A stretch of DNA of 50,797 bases, counting the filler, from Sphacelaria rigidula (taxonomy: Eukaryota), in NCBI GenBank assembly GCA_964200075.2. It is 3 parts of 3 records of this genome, joined end to end, with 100 filler letters (N's around TTAATTAATTAA, not from the genome) between each part and the next. Parts side by side here need not be neighbours in the genome. Positions count along the whole stretch, not along the records: positions 16,971 to 33,839 come from CAXNAA020001232.1; positions 33,940 to 50,797 come from CAXNAA020001233.1; 1 more part is not named here. One strand, 5' to 3'. The translations under genes were made by a program, and so were the position numbers. Every line of letters begins with the position of its first letter. Positions within the stretch are counted from its first letter, which is position 1. Shown piece after piece: positions 22,306 to 36,056 of this stretch. Under the pieces are notes generated by a model. That model ran no database searches, was not told where the DNA came from, and worked only from the letters and a program-made list of their open reading frames with translations.

Positions 22306-23052
22306 TGGAGAAGCTCGGAAGAACACTGAGGACAGAAGGAGAGAGGAGCCTTCTCAGACCGAATAGAATAAATAATGACATGTAGTAACGAGGCTACACG
22401 AACACGAGAAAAATCGCCTACTTTTTCTTCAGGGGCAAACGCCAACGGAGAAATCGAGGACCACGTTTTCTATCTCTATAAAGATATGTCATAGTATAAA
22501 AAACTTCAAAATTGAGAACAAAATACAGAATATCAGTAAAAATTGCAATTTTATCAGCACTAAAATTTAAAGCATTCGTCAGACAACTACCTAGCTCAGG
22601 ACGGCAGGGATTATCAACCCGAACTCAGGCACCCCTTCAAGCTTTGCTCAGCAAGGGGTGGCGCATACACCACATCATAACAAAAATAAAAGAGGTGAAG
22701 CGGGACAAGGGGGGCGTCTTTGTGTTTAGAGCAACAAAAGACCAAGACAAGCACTAATAAAACCGTCAAACGCCATCGAGATCAACCGTGTGAAAGAAAG
22801 AGCGGCCCTTATTTATTATTTTGCAGTTTGCTAAACGGACAACACACGCAGCCCGGCAGGAAGGTAGAAGGACAGGCGGTGGGCGGCAGTAGACAGACAC
22901 AAGGCAGCTAGCTCCCGTCGGGAGGGAGGTGGGGAGAGTAAGCAAAGAGAACGGTACAACAGTGCGGCAGCTCATTATACTATTGCTATACGTACACATC
23001 TTGATTGGCGCGGCAGGGAGAACGAGGGAGAGGAAGAGGGAGAAAAGGGAAT

Positions 23053-26000
23053 ATGTCGTTAGCACCAAGTGGAGGGGGAGGGGTTGGAGACGCACAGCTG
23101 GTGGCCGGGACTGGCGGGGCAGAGGGGGCTCCTAACGGGGATCGGGATTCCGTGGATGATGTGATAGAGAGGTTGCTCTCTGTAAGAGGTGCGTTCGTCG
23201 GATGTTGGATGTCGAAAGTGTTGTGTCTTGTGTTCCGTGTTCGTGAGTACTCGGACGCTTTTCTCGTTTCGTTCTGTGCCTGTCTTGTGTGTCTTGTCTT
23301 TCTTTGGTACCGTGACGGGCGTTCGGCGCCGAAAAAAGACAAGTTTGAGAAAGCGATGATGATGAAAGATGAACGGACCTCGGCTCTCTGATGAAAAGCA
23401 GTAGTACACCTTACAGTAGTGTTGAGAAATGTCCAAACAGTACAGTACAGTCAGTAGTAGTTCTGTCTGTAAACGTGTGGTCATGTGTACAGACAAAGCC
23501 TGAATGATCGTCTCCGTTTGCCCCGGGAGATTGCGACATGACGTACAGACATCAGTGATACGTTTTCATCCTGTTATTGTTACGCGGTAGCAGCGAAAAA
23601 AAGCGTAGCACAGATGTCGTGCCGCTGTTCGTTCTGTTTTAGGTGGTCGTGTGTGAATATGTTACGCATTGTTCTACCCTTTTCCTACCTCATTTCAGCA
23701 TCGCAGAAAATTCGATCTCAATTCTGCTGTCCCGAGAAAATTGGTGTCTACCTCAAACGAAATGATGATGAAACCTGACCAGTCTAGTACAGCATGCGCT
23801 ACACCGTCCTCCCTGTCCGCCACATGGGCGCTAGGTGGCACGTGGCACTTGGTTGCCATCGATTTTCAACCCACGCTCAATCTTTGTGTCAGCCGGTGAC
23901 GGCCTGCCCGGTCAACCCGTGTTCTGCGATGCAGTCATCTCCACCGCTTCCACCATGAGGGCTTCGAAAACTGCTTTTGCCGTACAAATCATTGTGAACG
24001 AAGAACGTTGCGCTGGCGCGAAATACTGAAACATTGCCAAACAGAATTTAAATGCTTCGCGTGTCTGGTTGTGCTCGCCCCTGGTGGAGCTGATGTTTTA
24101 TTGGTTCAGACATGCCCCTATGTATATGAGGGTTTTCATGACCCTTACCATCGGTGTATGTGTCGTTTCTTTGGTGGAATCATGGTCAGGTGAGTGACTG
24201 GTGCTGGTCTTTATTTTGCAGCACCAAGTTGAGTTGGTGTCTCGTCAATTTTGACAAGCCCATCATTTCCACAGCTGCCCGCGGCAGTTATGAAGGGATG
24301 TTTTGCCCGATGTGGCTGTGGTCCATGTTGAGTTTTCCTCTTGTCTTCAGTTTAAACAAACCGTGGTTTGTGGACGACTTGGGTGTGAGCGTGAGCTGGC
24401 GGGGGACGACATTGTGCCCGCGGTCCTCATACAGATAGGAGGTTCCTACGCTGTGTTCATGAAGAAATATTAATAACGAGATCAGTGCCACAATTGTGTC
24501 CGGTATCTTTCGAAAGACGGCCAACGTCGTGGTCTGTCTCGACCAACCTTACCGGTTCTGTAATCTTGGCTACATCCTTCGATTATGTGAATGTACCCAG
24601 CGTTTTCTGGAACGCGAGTTCGAAGAAGAGGGGCGCGTAGGGCAGGTGCGTGCGTTGTGCCGCGAGCGGTGACCACTGGGGCACGAGACTGGCTGCATCA
24701 CGCTGATGGCGCTCTGCAGTCAGCATAGAACCGCAATACGTACATGTACGTCATGGCACATGTTCCGGTCTCGAGCAGTCGATCATACCATGACTCGACT
24801 GTTGACTGACTGTCTTGCGTGTTGTTACTGACTGTTACCACAGCCAGCAGCACACTCATGTGCCCTCTAGAGTTGTCTTTCTTCACCTGTAGAAATCCCC
24901 GTGTCTTCATGTCTCGGGTTTTTTACTCCCATCAAGTACACCCATGTAATGGCAAAGATTCCAGCTTTGAACTGCCCTTCCCGCAGTCGTGCAAGGGTGG
25001 CCGCCCCAGGCCCTCCCTTCCCTCTGATATCGCTCGCTTTCTTTCATTACACGTTGATTGTTGATTTGTCAGGGGAATGCTTTTGAATGTATGGAGGTAC
25101 ACTTTGTCAACTGATACAGCACAAAAAACGGTGTCCGTTCGAAAACTATGCGTGAGCTCCTTTGGGCGCCAGACTTTTTTTCGGGGCAAACTCGGCGGTT
25201 GATCTTCCAACCCCGGTAACCTTGACTCTAAAGCTTAGTAGCCCATTTCTGTTGGGGAGTAGCACCCAGCCGCAATCACTGGCACCGTAGGAGGGTATTC
25301 CGTGTTCACCAACCCCGTATCGCACTCCTTCATTCGCTCGACCCAAGGAGCTATTTTTCCACGTGTTTCCGTTCGTTTCACGTAGGGCCCATCTGAGCGG
25401 GTCGGTGCCCAAGAGCGGAACAAACCCGTATGTCGAACTGCTTTTCCTGTTACGGACTGTTAATATCCAAATAATTAAACTTATATGTTGTGTGGTTCCG
25501 GCGGGTAAGGCGCTGTAGTCGTGGCCGACGTGTTGTGCAGACTCGTCGGGTGCTTCGCATGTGTTGTTACGGTGCAGTTACAAACAATTCATAATTCCTC
25601 CAGTAGTCTGGTTCGTGCAGAACGGTGATACTTCGGCGGGAGTCAGCCTACTCGTGGAACCTTCTAAAACGCAACACTAGTACAACGTCGATGTACATTC
25701 TCCATTTTTGAATGATGACACCATAAAATATTATGGTGTTGCTTCACATTGTTCCCTGAGCGGCCCCTACGAAACCTCAATCGAGTAACGTGTGCCATCT
25801 ATTGTTAAAAAAAAGCTCGGCATTTCCAATATCTGCAGCGGAAATACCCTCTTCCTCCACACGGCCACGTAGCACGTGCCGTTCCAACCCGATAACAAAT
25901 ACAGCACAGATGCACATACATGGGGTATTTCGTTCCGAACAGGCACTCTAGTTTGGTTCATCATTCACACACGCACACTCATCGCTAGCTGTATTGCTCT

Positions 26001-29000
26001 GCCCAAGCATTCTGCAGCTCTCTGCCACAGCGTTCTGCCTCTCTCTGCCCAAGCATCATGCCATCAAAAGCGTGTGTGTGTAGCTGAGCTGCACGTCTGG
26101 GTTAATGTGGGGGGTGCCACCCGGACATGATGGACGATGTTCCTTACAAAAGAAGTTTGAAGGGTTTTGTGTATAACCTCGGGCATAACAGCTCACAGTC
26201 AGTAGTGCTGTAATGCCGCAGTAACCCACCGCCGGATGAAGCAGACTGAGCAGTGGTTTGAGTAATTTCTCGGGCACGTGTTGAACGTTGACATCGAAAC
26301 GCCGCAGTTGAGTAGACGAGCGGACTATTGTAGTGCTCGCCTCGTGCAAGCGATGCAGACGCATGAGGGCTTGATGATAAATCAACCCAAAAGCGTGTGA
26401 AATGCCGATCCGTCAGATGTGGCCGTCAAGGGGGCTACTAGAATGGAGAACCAGACGATGCTACAGCATTCAAAACCCCACGCCCCGGGGTGGTAGCATC
26501 AGTAGGGTGAGCATTCTTTGATAGCGACGACCTGCAAGCTTTAAAAAAAAACTTCATTGGCAGTATGACCCGCAATTAGGCGGGTGATTTTCGCTTGCCA
26601 CTGTGCTGTGTGACGTTACTGCTGGCTCACTGCTGCAGCGCACCAACTCTGTCTGTTAATGGCTGCTGATGTTGTGTATCCATTGAAAAACCGGTTCCAA
26701 GGGCGGGGTGGCGAGTTCGGAACTCGGTAGATACGTTTTCTTTGGCGAGAAAATCTGATTTCCGTCAGTAGACACATGAGCAACTGACTTGCGAATATAT
26801 TTTGACGGAAGTTGACGCGCGCTGCGCGATTACCGATCGTACCCGCAATGCCAAAACGCTGGACATTTACCGGGTTGATCCGTTTTGATCCCCGACTCGA
26901 TTCCGGGGAGAGAGGGGGTGGAGACAATGACGAAGAAATGACCACAATTCTGCTGTGCATGGCCAGCTACTGGCGGTAGAGTGGTCCGCGATGGGGCAAT
27001 GCATCGTTAGGCGGTGGATTTGTGCATCGGGCGTTCACAAGACGGAACCGCGGTGTATCCACCGTATGCGTCTAACCTAACCTGCTTGTTCGGGTGGGGC
27101 ACAATTCAGCGTCCCTTTGCGGAGCTTGCTGTTTACTCAACCTCCCGGACTGGTTGCTCTCAAATTCCATATATTTGCACGATGTTCTCGGTTACTGTAC
27201 TGGACCTTGAACGGATCCAGCGTTTCTCCCATGTGTTGACGCATGTTTCGGTACAGGACAGGTGTATCACACGCTATGCCGTGCTAGTGCCGTTGCATCT
27301 GTACATGTATGGAATGGGGCATACAGGGGGGCACACCGCGCACCGTCGCCATGTAATGCTTTCAAGCAAAATAACACCTGCAGCATTTTGACGTGAGATT
27401 TGAAAGCCGAAATACGAGAGTCGGGTGTGCAATGCTAGGGAACTTGGTTCAGTCGGCGCTGTGTACATGGCGGTCCCCGAAGGGGTCCAGTACCACTATT
27501 AGCCCCTACCGTACGCCGCTGCGGGGAACGGAAGAGCCGTTTCCGTACCCCCTTTCCACGAAAATTCAGATATAGAAGAGATGCTATGTTGACAGTTGAG
27601 CCCCCCGCAAAAGGACATAGCTGTACTGTTCTGTATTGAATTAGGCGTTTTTCCGATCGTGACGATATTAGTCACCCCTCGTAGGTGACAAAAACCGTCA
27701 CTCGGTACCGTTGATTGGGCATGCTTCCAGACGAGGAAAGGAAAAGTGTCTGGCACTCGGTCCACAGATAGGAGCAAGATTCATGAGTTGCAAAGTTTCT
27801 CGACCAATCAGACTCTTTGAATACACCAAAATGCGGCGACCTTTCTTCACTCAGGGTAGTCAAGAAGCAGCTCTGATTGGTCCACACATTGCACTGCTGC
27901 GACACAGATAGCTGCTGCCGACAATAAACGAGGATACAGCAGCTCCGTGCTGGCTCAGTTTGTTTGTCCCAACCTGCACGCACTCGCTTGGAGTGTCTTC
28001 CCCGATCACAGCACCCGGCTATAATATTAGTTCCAGAGAAGACTCAACAGACAGCTGTACAGCCATCATGTGACGATTGTTTCAACCTTTCTTTGTTCCG
28101 ACAGCATCTTGATCCCACCCCAATTTTGTGCAGCCCGAAACACGGCATGCAGCAGTACGCACTCTCCAGTGCACATCACACCGTGATCGTCGTGGAGTGG
28201 CAGCGAGAACTACAGCATAGAAATGATGTGTTTGGGGAGCGCCTTATTCCTGTGACTCGAGACGAAATAGCCAACACACCATGAACGTTTCAGCGGTGTG
28301 TAAAGAGCACTGCGTGCCGACAACATTATTTTTCATAGAGACGAACGGAATTACAGTGTCAAGCAACTCAGGCACTCCCGGCGGAGATCAAACCGTCTTC
28401 ACAAAGGCCTGAAGACGCCACAGCGCAGCGACACCACCAACACACAAGATAGAGGATGAGAGAGAGTGTTTGTGCTGCAGCACAGTGATACAGGACATGT
28501 CCCATTCGATAGTTCTTTCCCTGATTTCAGGCAGGTCCTCGATTTTTCCCGAGTGGTGATTTTCCAACACTCGGTCATAATCGCGCTTCGCGCGAAAATG
28601 TTTTTATTCACTTTGCGTTACCCCTATCTGTGGGGAGGTGCATACATGCCGTACTTTCCATCGCGGCGTAGGGGAGTTTGCTTACTGAGGTCCTCTTTTT
28701 TTTCTCGATTCGTTTGGATGCTACTCGTTCTTCGTGCATTTTGTGCGAATCATATCACGTCTTTTTCTCCACCTTCCTTCAAGCACGAGACGCACGTATA
28801 ATGAGTTTTTTTTCTCCCCCGAATGAACCGTTGTATGCTATACTCATCCCAGTGTCGTGTATAGAGCCGAATTTATCACGTGCCGCCTGCAGGGTCTTTG
28901 AATGGCAATCACATCCTTGTGAGAAAGAGTGTTTCGAAGTTGTCGGTCGCCCCGGTGGCTCAGTTGGTAACCTCGTGACCTTCTGATGGTTGAGTAAGGG

Positions 29001-30690
29001 GGTTCGATCCCCGGAGCGATCTGGAATATTCTCTCACACCATGACCAACAGTGGAGAGCGACTATGTCGTGGGTACACAAAATTCGACTTCACGGTCGAC
29101 GAGGGAAAGTGACTGCTGAATCCCTTTCGCGATAAAAAGTAAAGGCGAGCACCGCAGAATGAAGGCGGGGTATTAAAAAAATAAAGAATAAAAAGCTCCT
29201 GTGTTGACCTTCCTCCTGTGTGACCCCGGCTGATGCGCCCCCATATACCGAAAGGTATAGACTGGTGCCCAGAATACAGGGGACGACAACACACACACAC
29301 ACGCACACATGTGACGACGAAAGCGGTCTCAATTACTCCAAGAACGATCGCAATGCCTGCCAGGACTGTGGTCGGTGTTGCTTACTGTTTCAGCTCCCCT
29401 TCGTCCAGCGGGGGTGTGCCCTGTATCCGTAGACCGCTTAATTTAGTATTGACAGAGGATATTCATGGAAGTCACAGGTCAGTGCGCAAATTCCGTAGTT
29501 GATCCGTACGATTACACAGCATCTTGAAAGTCTGATGCGCGAAAGCGCCTCTCAGCATCATTAAGCTCGAAGTATGGGCATGACCTGTTGATTCCCAAAG
29601 GATCTCATTTCCTAAGGAACAAATTCCACCGAAAATTTGTGTAGTCGGATCACGCAACGCTATCAGCTCGCGAGAAAAGAGTGTGTTTTGGTTTTCCCCA
29701 GGGACGATTGCTAACGACGGGGATGTTGGGGTCGTTTTCCGTGTACGAAAATGTGACCTGTTTTTTGTTCATGTATTTTCCGTGATGGTTGTCCACAGAA
29801 GACTGGTATTCGTGCTTCGAGAAATCAGGAATGGCTTCGGCTCGTCGCAGCTATGTCGTGCGTAGGTGGCTACCCAAAGTACGTTGCCGTCTAAGTACAG
29901 CGAGACAGTAGCGCTGATCGCTCCAGCAGTTTGGCCTCACGGTGGCATGCACCAAAGTTTCAGCGCACAGTACACGAGGATGTATGATGCAAAATACGTG
30001 CACCTCCCTCCCCCAACCATGGCAGAAGTTGCTGCAGGCCTATTGGCTGAAACCTCAAGCTTAGCATCACTCTGGCTAGCTGCCTCTGTCCAGTTAGCGT
30101 CCATTTACGCCTGCGAAACCATCCTCCCTACACACGCCTTCAATAACCATCCTCCGAACACCCGTGTGATTGTTGGCGGAAATAAACTTGGAATAGAAAG
30201 TACTTACGATCACAAGTGTTGAGGTGTACGATGGCTAAAAAACAGGAGGAGAGAGCGTGTACGCGGTGCTGTCTTTGCGTTCGTTTGTAAAACGTTATTC
30301 ACCCTTATGTACAGAGAACAATGATTTTCCCGATCATGATGGATTTTGCGTGAGGAGCATCGGTTATATAACGAATGAAGTAGCGCTATTGGGACATCTG
30401 TTTCATGGTTGATGTGGTTCAGCATGTCCTTGTAAGCGTAACTTCCCTGTGGCCTCAACCTTTTGTTAAAATCAGGACTGCCATCCTGTATGTGTGGTTG
30501 ACATGTATGTGTGCTTGATCATTTTTATTATTTTGTACGTTTTGTTGTACCTTGTGTTTTCCAGGAGCGCGACCAGGGAAGCAGGTGCAGCTACTAGAGG
30601 GGGAGATCAAGATGCTGTGTGTCAAGGCGAGGGACATTTTCATGCAGCAGCCTATCCTGTTGGAGCTGGAGGCACCCATCAAGATCTGTG
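23053..30690 (+). CDS. PP1: Serine/threonine protein phosphatase 1 catalytic subunit, 5' part only (two exons; the rest lies beyond the contig end)
   Basis: Exon 1 23053-23188 ([10 protein letters not shown]...[14 protein letters not shown], donor gtgcgt) joins in phase 1 to exon 2 30565-30690 ([43 protein letters not shown], donor gtgagt). This is the canonical PP1 N-terminus up to the GDIHG motif. Intron 1 is 7,376 bp. Confidence 0.93.
28945..29309 (+). mobile_element. tRNA-derived SINE family A copy (in PP1 intron 1)
   Basis: A box TGGCTCAGTTGG at 28956, B box GGTTCGATCCC at 29001, conserved body and (AC)n tail. Confidence 0.88.
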
Positions 30691-33600
30691 GTGAGTAGAG
30701 AAGAGTGGCTGCTCATGTTGACGTATATTCAAGTAGTACCGTGAAGTATTCGTTGGTGAGCAACCTGAGGTTGAAGCTAGTGTAGTCCCACGTTAATGTA
30801 CGGTGGCGTGTCATACCATCGAAGAGGTTTATTTTCAACATATATTTTCGTACCAAAGTGCTCGTTCCATTTTTGTCAATTTCCGGAGCGTCCGACAGGG
30901 TTCATGGCCCTAAATCAGAAGGGATCGAGCTCACGTGTCCGATTCACCAGGCTCCAAGATTTCGACGGTCACTGGACAAAAAATCCAGCCGAGAAACAGA
31001 AGAAAAAACGTGAGAGATGGAAGCGACCCTTTCAAGTTTTGCAAGTATGATCGCAGGCATGTGATATTTTCGTTCCCCATTGTAGTTGTGTTCCGTGGCC
31101 GTTTTTAAACACGGGAGTGCAACATATGGGGTACGCGGCTTTCCTTATGGAGGTGATGCACGGTGTGCAAAATAGGTGCTGGTGATGCCTCATGGGTACG
31201 ACGCTGAATACCAAGGCTTCTCCCATCTAGAGCAAAGCTGTCACATGACCACCCCGAACCGGGCAACAACAGTAAAATATAAGATTGCCATCTTTCAACT
31301 AGGCACAGGTTTCATATGATCATCTTCAAACGGACTGGGCGGTAAAGATTGAAATCTCCCACGATCGTCTCGGAACCCAGTCATGGAACATGGCCTGAAA
31401 ACCGAACAAAATTACTTCTTGTTGCAATGTGTATGGCAACAGCATGTAATGTGCACTCGCTGTGACATCGTGCATGAAATGATCCGGTCACGTGCGGATG
31501 TGTCGATCACGAGGAAGCCTCTTGTGCACGGGTAAAAGCACGTTTATCGTATGCGCCCTTTGCGTCATTATTGCAGCACGCCATGATCTCCGACTTTTAA
31601 AAATGCAAGTCCTTCAGTTGGTAGCACCTGGTGGAGAGCTACGTCGTAACATTTATTACCTTTTGATCATAGCGGACTCAGTAATGGCGTTGATGGTCGA
31701 CGAGAAACCAGTTGATGAATGGCTACGTGTTCGACCACACTCCCTCTGTGAGACGTAGTTCAGCTTTTGGGGGGTGGATGAGGTGTCTGGGGTGGAAAAA
31801 TAGCACGTGTAAAAGGGGGCGGGGGTGCCCTCAATCAACCACACACTCAGGGTACGACTCCCACAGATGTTACTGCGATAACCAGTGTTGGGTAAATAGC
31901 ACAAGAACCGTGGGTTGCGATGCCGCTTGCACCATTTAAACGGGACAGCCCTTACCTTCCTCCCCCCAAAACAAACCAAAACCTATTCAGTGCTTTCCCA
32001 GGACCGGTAAACGCGGGCGACGTGGGAGCAGTGATCCAATGATGCATCTAACGAAAACCCAAGCTAACTATTAGTGCTTATTTCGGTCGGTTTGCCAAGG
32101 GCACAAACAGGTGCCATTCAAGAGCACGTTGGCTATAAAATTATGGCCTGAAACAAAAGTGTGGGACGATGTCCGGAGACCGGATCTTGAGCTAATATCG
32201 TGACATTTCAACAACCGGAAATGGTGGACCCAATCTGCACGGGAATATACTCCACCACTCCAATTACACATGTGATCAACTGTGTCAAAAGTAACACCAC
32301 TTTTCCATGTTTGAACCGGACGGTGGAAAATGAAAATCTCACATGTCCACCCTTGAACTGGTTCATCAACATGGGCACTTGAAAAGACACGTGTCACGCC
32401 GATCATGTGACAAGCAGTGCTACTAGCAAGAAGGAAAGTACAATGCCCAACATGGGTGTCCTTGCTATTGCACATCGACAACTAGTCATCTGTAGAGGAT
32501 TGCCACGCCCATCACCTGTACGTTGGTCAAGTGCAGGTAGCTCGTTGGCAAAGGGTGGGCACGTTTATTTTCACAGACTTCAGTAGCCAGGGTGTTGGCA
32601 ATGTCGCTATTTGCCCCATGCGTCGCCCTAACCACCCACGTATGAATGAGCGTTGAAATAGCGAAGTCGCGGCAAGCAAGTTGGTGTGGAATAGTCTCGG
32701 TAAATCTTGAGCTGGTTCAGGCTCGGATTAATTTGTTTTTATTGCATACTCGGCAACTTTGCGCACCAAGGTTCCTCTCCTTCCTCTCTTGTCACCCTGA
32801 CCATGAGACGCGCGACAGCTCAGTGCCGGGAGCGTGTACTATGTAGTTACGAGTCATGTTTGGAGTTGCGTATTGCGGGTACAGCTGCTGGTATGCTGCA
32901 CTGTACCCACTGTGCGGTCTCACGGTTTGAATTATGGGTTGGGAAGTCGTGTTCGCACACGGACCATTGTCGTCGAGCACGGATGCTCGAGTAGCTCTCT
33001 GTAAACATTCATCAACGCCGCGATGAGCTTCATTGCGTTTCGATGTATTATGCATATGGGAGAGAAAGTGTTAGCAGCGCGGAACAACTAAATACAAGCG
33101 GGTTCGGTGGGCCGGTGCGTGCACGCCACGCGGCTCGCTCGCTTTTCATCTCATGTCGGACTTCCATAAGTGGGTGTAGTCACGTCATACTGTTGGTTTG
33201 CATCGCGATGTTATGATATCCCTCGATAGCGCCACCCTACAATCCCGACGAAAGCGGCAACGACGATATCCCATGGTCGGACATCCCACTGTCGGACGCT
33301 GATTACCGATTGCGTACGTCCTTTTTTGAGTAGACGGTGGTGGACGATGCCACGGATTTGATATCCGGAATTTTCTGTTTTTCTTGTTTACTATCGCACC
33401 ACGATTGTGACCGGGACTGATCGCAGACCCAATTCCTGTGCCTAACTATGTGATATTATAATATTACGTATTTTCCCGGGATCTGGCTATCGCAAGTGTA
33501 CTGAATTGTGATGCTTCCCGTAATTCCTTGCTTCGTCGTGCTCCAACAGGTAAGAGTGGAAAGCGCGATAAATCAACGCGCTCCTGTTTTATTTTGCTGC

Positions 33601-33764
33601 AGTGTGTGCCACGAGCAATTCCGTGGAGGTGTTGTTGGGCTATGGAGTCGTGGTTATTATTATTATTAATATTTCCGCACATTACGTGGTGATGGCATAA
33701 AAGTACTGTAGGTGCGTGAATTATTTTCCTATGAATCCGATACGACTGTGTCACCCCCCCCCCC

Positions 33765-33839
33765 AATGGTCAATGCTGCGTCTCGCAAGGGATGCGTGGT
33801 CAATGGTCAAATGATTGAGGCAAGCAACAAATGAGTACG
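33765..33839 (+). mobile_element. LINE 3' terminus at the contig end
   Basis: GGGATGCGTGGTCAATGGTCAAATGATTGAGGCAAGCAACAAATGAGTACG is cut by the spacer exactly where the C-run begins in other copies. Confidence 0.8.
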
Positions 33840-33939
33840 NNNNNNNNNNNNNNNNNNNNNNNNNNNNNNNNNNNNNNNNNNNNTTAATTAATTAANNNNN
33901 NNNNNNNNNNNNNNNNNNNNNNNNNNNNNNNNNNNNNNN
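33840..33939. other. Artificial contig-joining spacer
   Basis: Identical N44-TTAATTAATTAA-N44 structure. Confidence 0.97.
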
Positions 33940-35106
33940 GTTTTGTTTTCCTCACAGCTACAGAGTTTCGAAATGTGACGGTTTCGAACTTTGAGAACCT
34001 TGTAACGCGCTTCGCGCTGCGTACTGCGACCCCCTACAGGTCATTCCTTCACTACACATGAAGCATCTAGCCGAGATGACTCCCGACTGAAGCAACTGGG
34101 AGAGTACGATTCGCGACATCTTGGGGCTTTTTCAGCTGTTTTTCCAAACTTCGGAACTCACTCCGTACATATTCGTGAGATGGGAGACAGCGCTCTGGGT
34201 CTGGGGTTGCAGCATTTACGTTCGGCTGCTTCCCTGTCATTTCCCTGTGCCCAATATCCGCAGGCCAAAATACCACACCGTGGACAACAGACGTTCAAAA
34301 CGTGTACTGCCTACACTATGGAATTTATTGTCTACTGGGTACAACAGTCGCTGTTTTACGCAGTAAACTTTTTGGCAATGTAATCCATTGTCCAGGGTGT
34401 GCAAAATACACGCACAGCAGCCATCGGAGCGGGACATACAAGTCAGGGCCACCATATGGTCGGCTCGTGATTGCACAGTAAGTTGTTTGTGCTGGGCGGT
34501 GTGTACTACGAGAAGGGGTTTATGCAGCGTAAGGTGGCCGCCGCGCCCTCGGTGATGTATCAATGTACTAAGAACGGTACAAATAACATTGTGAGGTCGG
34601 AAAAATGCGGATTCGGTTGCCGGCAGACGCATTCAGGTTTCTGTGAAAAAGAATCTGAAGTAGTGTACTTGATTTCCATCGTTAAAAATGCGATAAGGTG
34701 ACTGACACATAGCGCGAGTAGCACAAGACAAGGCATTGATTTCGCGAGAGTCGACGACACGCGGGAGTGCTGGTCATGATCCAATCCACGATGCCATATT
34801 GCAAGGTGTGTAACGGAGAAAGATATATCACTTGACACCGTGGACTCACCTCGAGGAATGGGGGGGGCCTCAAAAGTGTGACAGAAAGAACATGGCGCGT
34901 GATCATGCGAGATGCCAATGGGTCTACGTGATACGGGAAGCAGACACCGGCCTCGATAGTGTTCTTGAAGTTGAATACTTCAAACGTTGCATAGCTGCTG
35001 CGTGCTCCGTGAAAATCGATGTGCTATGATGCGCTGTTGGTTCCTCCCGGGGGGTTGTCACATGCACGTTGTCCTCTTTTCCGCAATTGTCATTATTAAT
35101 AGTGCA

Positions 35107-35250
35107 CACCCCTGGACAATGACAGTAGATGACATAATCAAAAGCGTACTGCGTGCAGTATTGACTACTGTGTCTGATGCGATGGTTATTAGACTATACT
35201 GTACGCAGTACACTTTCGACGATGTAATCTATTGTCATTGTCCAGGAGTG
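35107..35250. mobile_element. Hairpin MITE with 4-bp TGCA flanks, related to 967-1142
   Basis: Arms CACCCCTGGACAATGACAGTAGAT...GTACTGCGT and ACGCAGTAC...ATCTATTGTCATTGTCCAGGAGTG, with TGCA on both sides. It shares CCTGGACAAT and AAGTGTACTGC with the 967 element. Confidence 0.75.
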
Positions 35251-36056
35251 TGCATTTGTGTCACGGCAGTTCGTAACACAGTGGGACAGCACAGGCATCT
35301 CAGTAGGAACAATGTTTTTGTGAGATTGAAAGTCAAGCATTGATTGAGAATGATTTTATTATTCGCTCTAGCTCGACCAGTTAATTTTCATTTTGTGTGT
35401 GCTATTCTTTGCGTGTATCACCGCCGTGTGCTTACAGCTACACGTCATGCCACTCAGTGTGCAGTACAATGTTGCGGGGCAAACGTTTGCACATCCGGCA
35501 GATGTTTCAGGTAGCTAACTGTAAAGCTGTAGCATGCAGTGAAGGGTACGACAACCCGTGGCAGAGTTCACCATCATCCTTCCCGATATAGCCTCTCTTT
35601 ACGATCTGCAAAGGTACCTGTTCTTATTTACTGTGTCTCTCAAGTGGTGGGGGTGCATGGAAGCAAAAGCACGATTGGGTTATTGCCTGCCTACCCTTCC
35701 GTTACACATGTTTTTCACGTTTCTCACCCGTCACATTGTGCGGTGCAAGGGACAAACATTTTCCTTGACGGCACATGAACGGCATAATATCATGTTCATC
35801 ATCGACAAGCACTCGTAGATTAGCATACGATCGTGGCGATGTGATTGACCTGGTCGCTTGCATGTGATCGGCCTAGGGAGTCACTACAGCGTATATATTG
35901 ATACGCTCGATTTCCCGGGCGGCTTCCCTCATCCTCGTAGGACGACGAGCATATGTCAGGGCCAAATGGAATGGTTTGATTTAATTCACTTTGCGTCAGG
36001 TGTGACCTGCATTCCCTCCGTGACTCTCGCGCTTTTGCTTCTGAACGTCATCGTAG

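Noticed and set aside
21324-22445. Longest ORF in the track (373 aa, minus)
   Set aside because: It runs through the antisense of a SINE and the telomeric cassette (RVRVRV comes from CCCTAA), has a non-ATG start and shows no recognisable domain.
28945-29025. Functional tRNA genes at the SINE heads (also 36209 and 38018)
   Set aside because: A and B boxes are present but no proper cloverleaf forms, and the first two continue into a shared repeat body.
29455-29475. DIHG peptide as a PP1 exon (also GGFP near 35917)
   Set aside because: It lies upstream of exon 2 and lacks the QYxDLLRLF continuation; the GGFP match is on another contig with no surrounding similarity.
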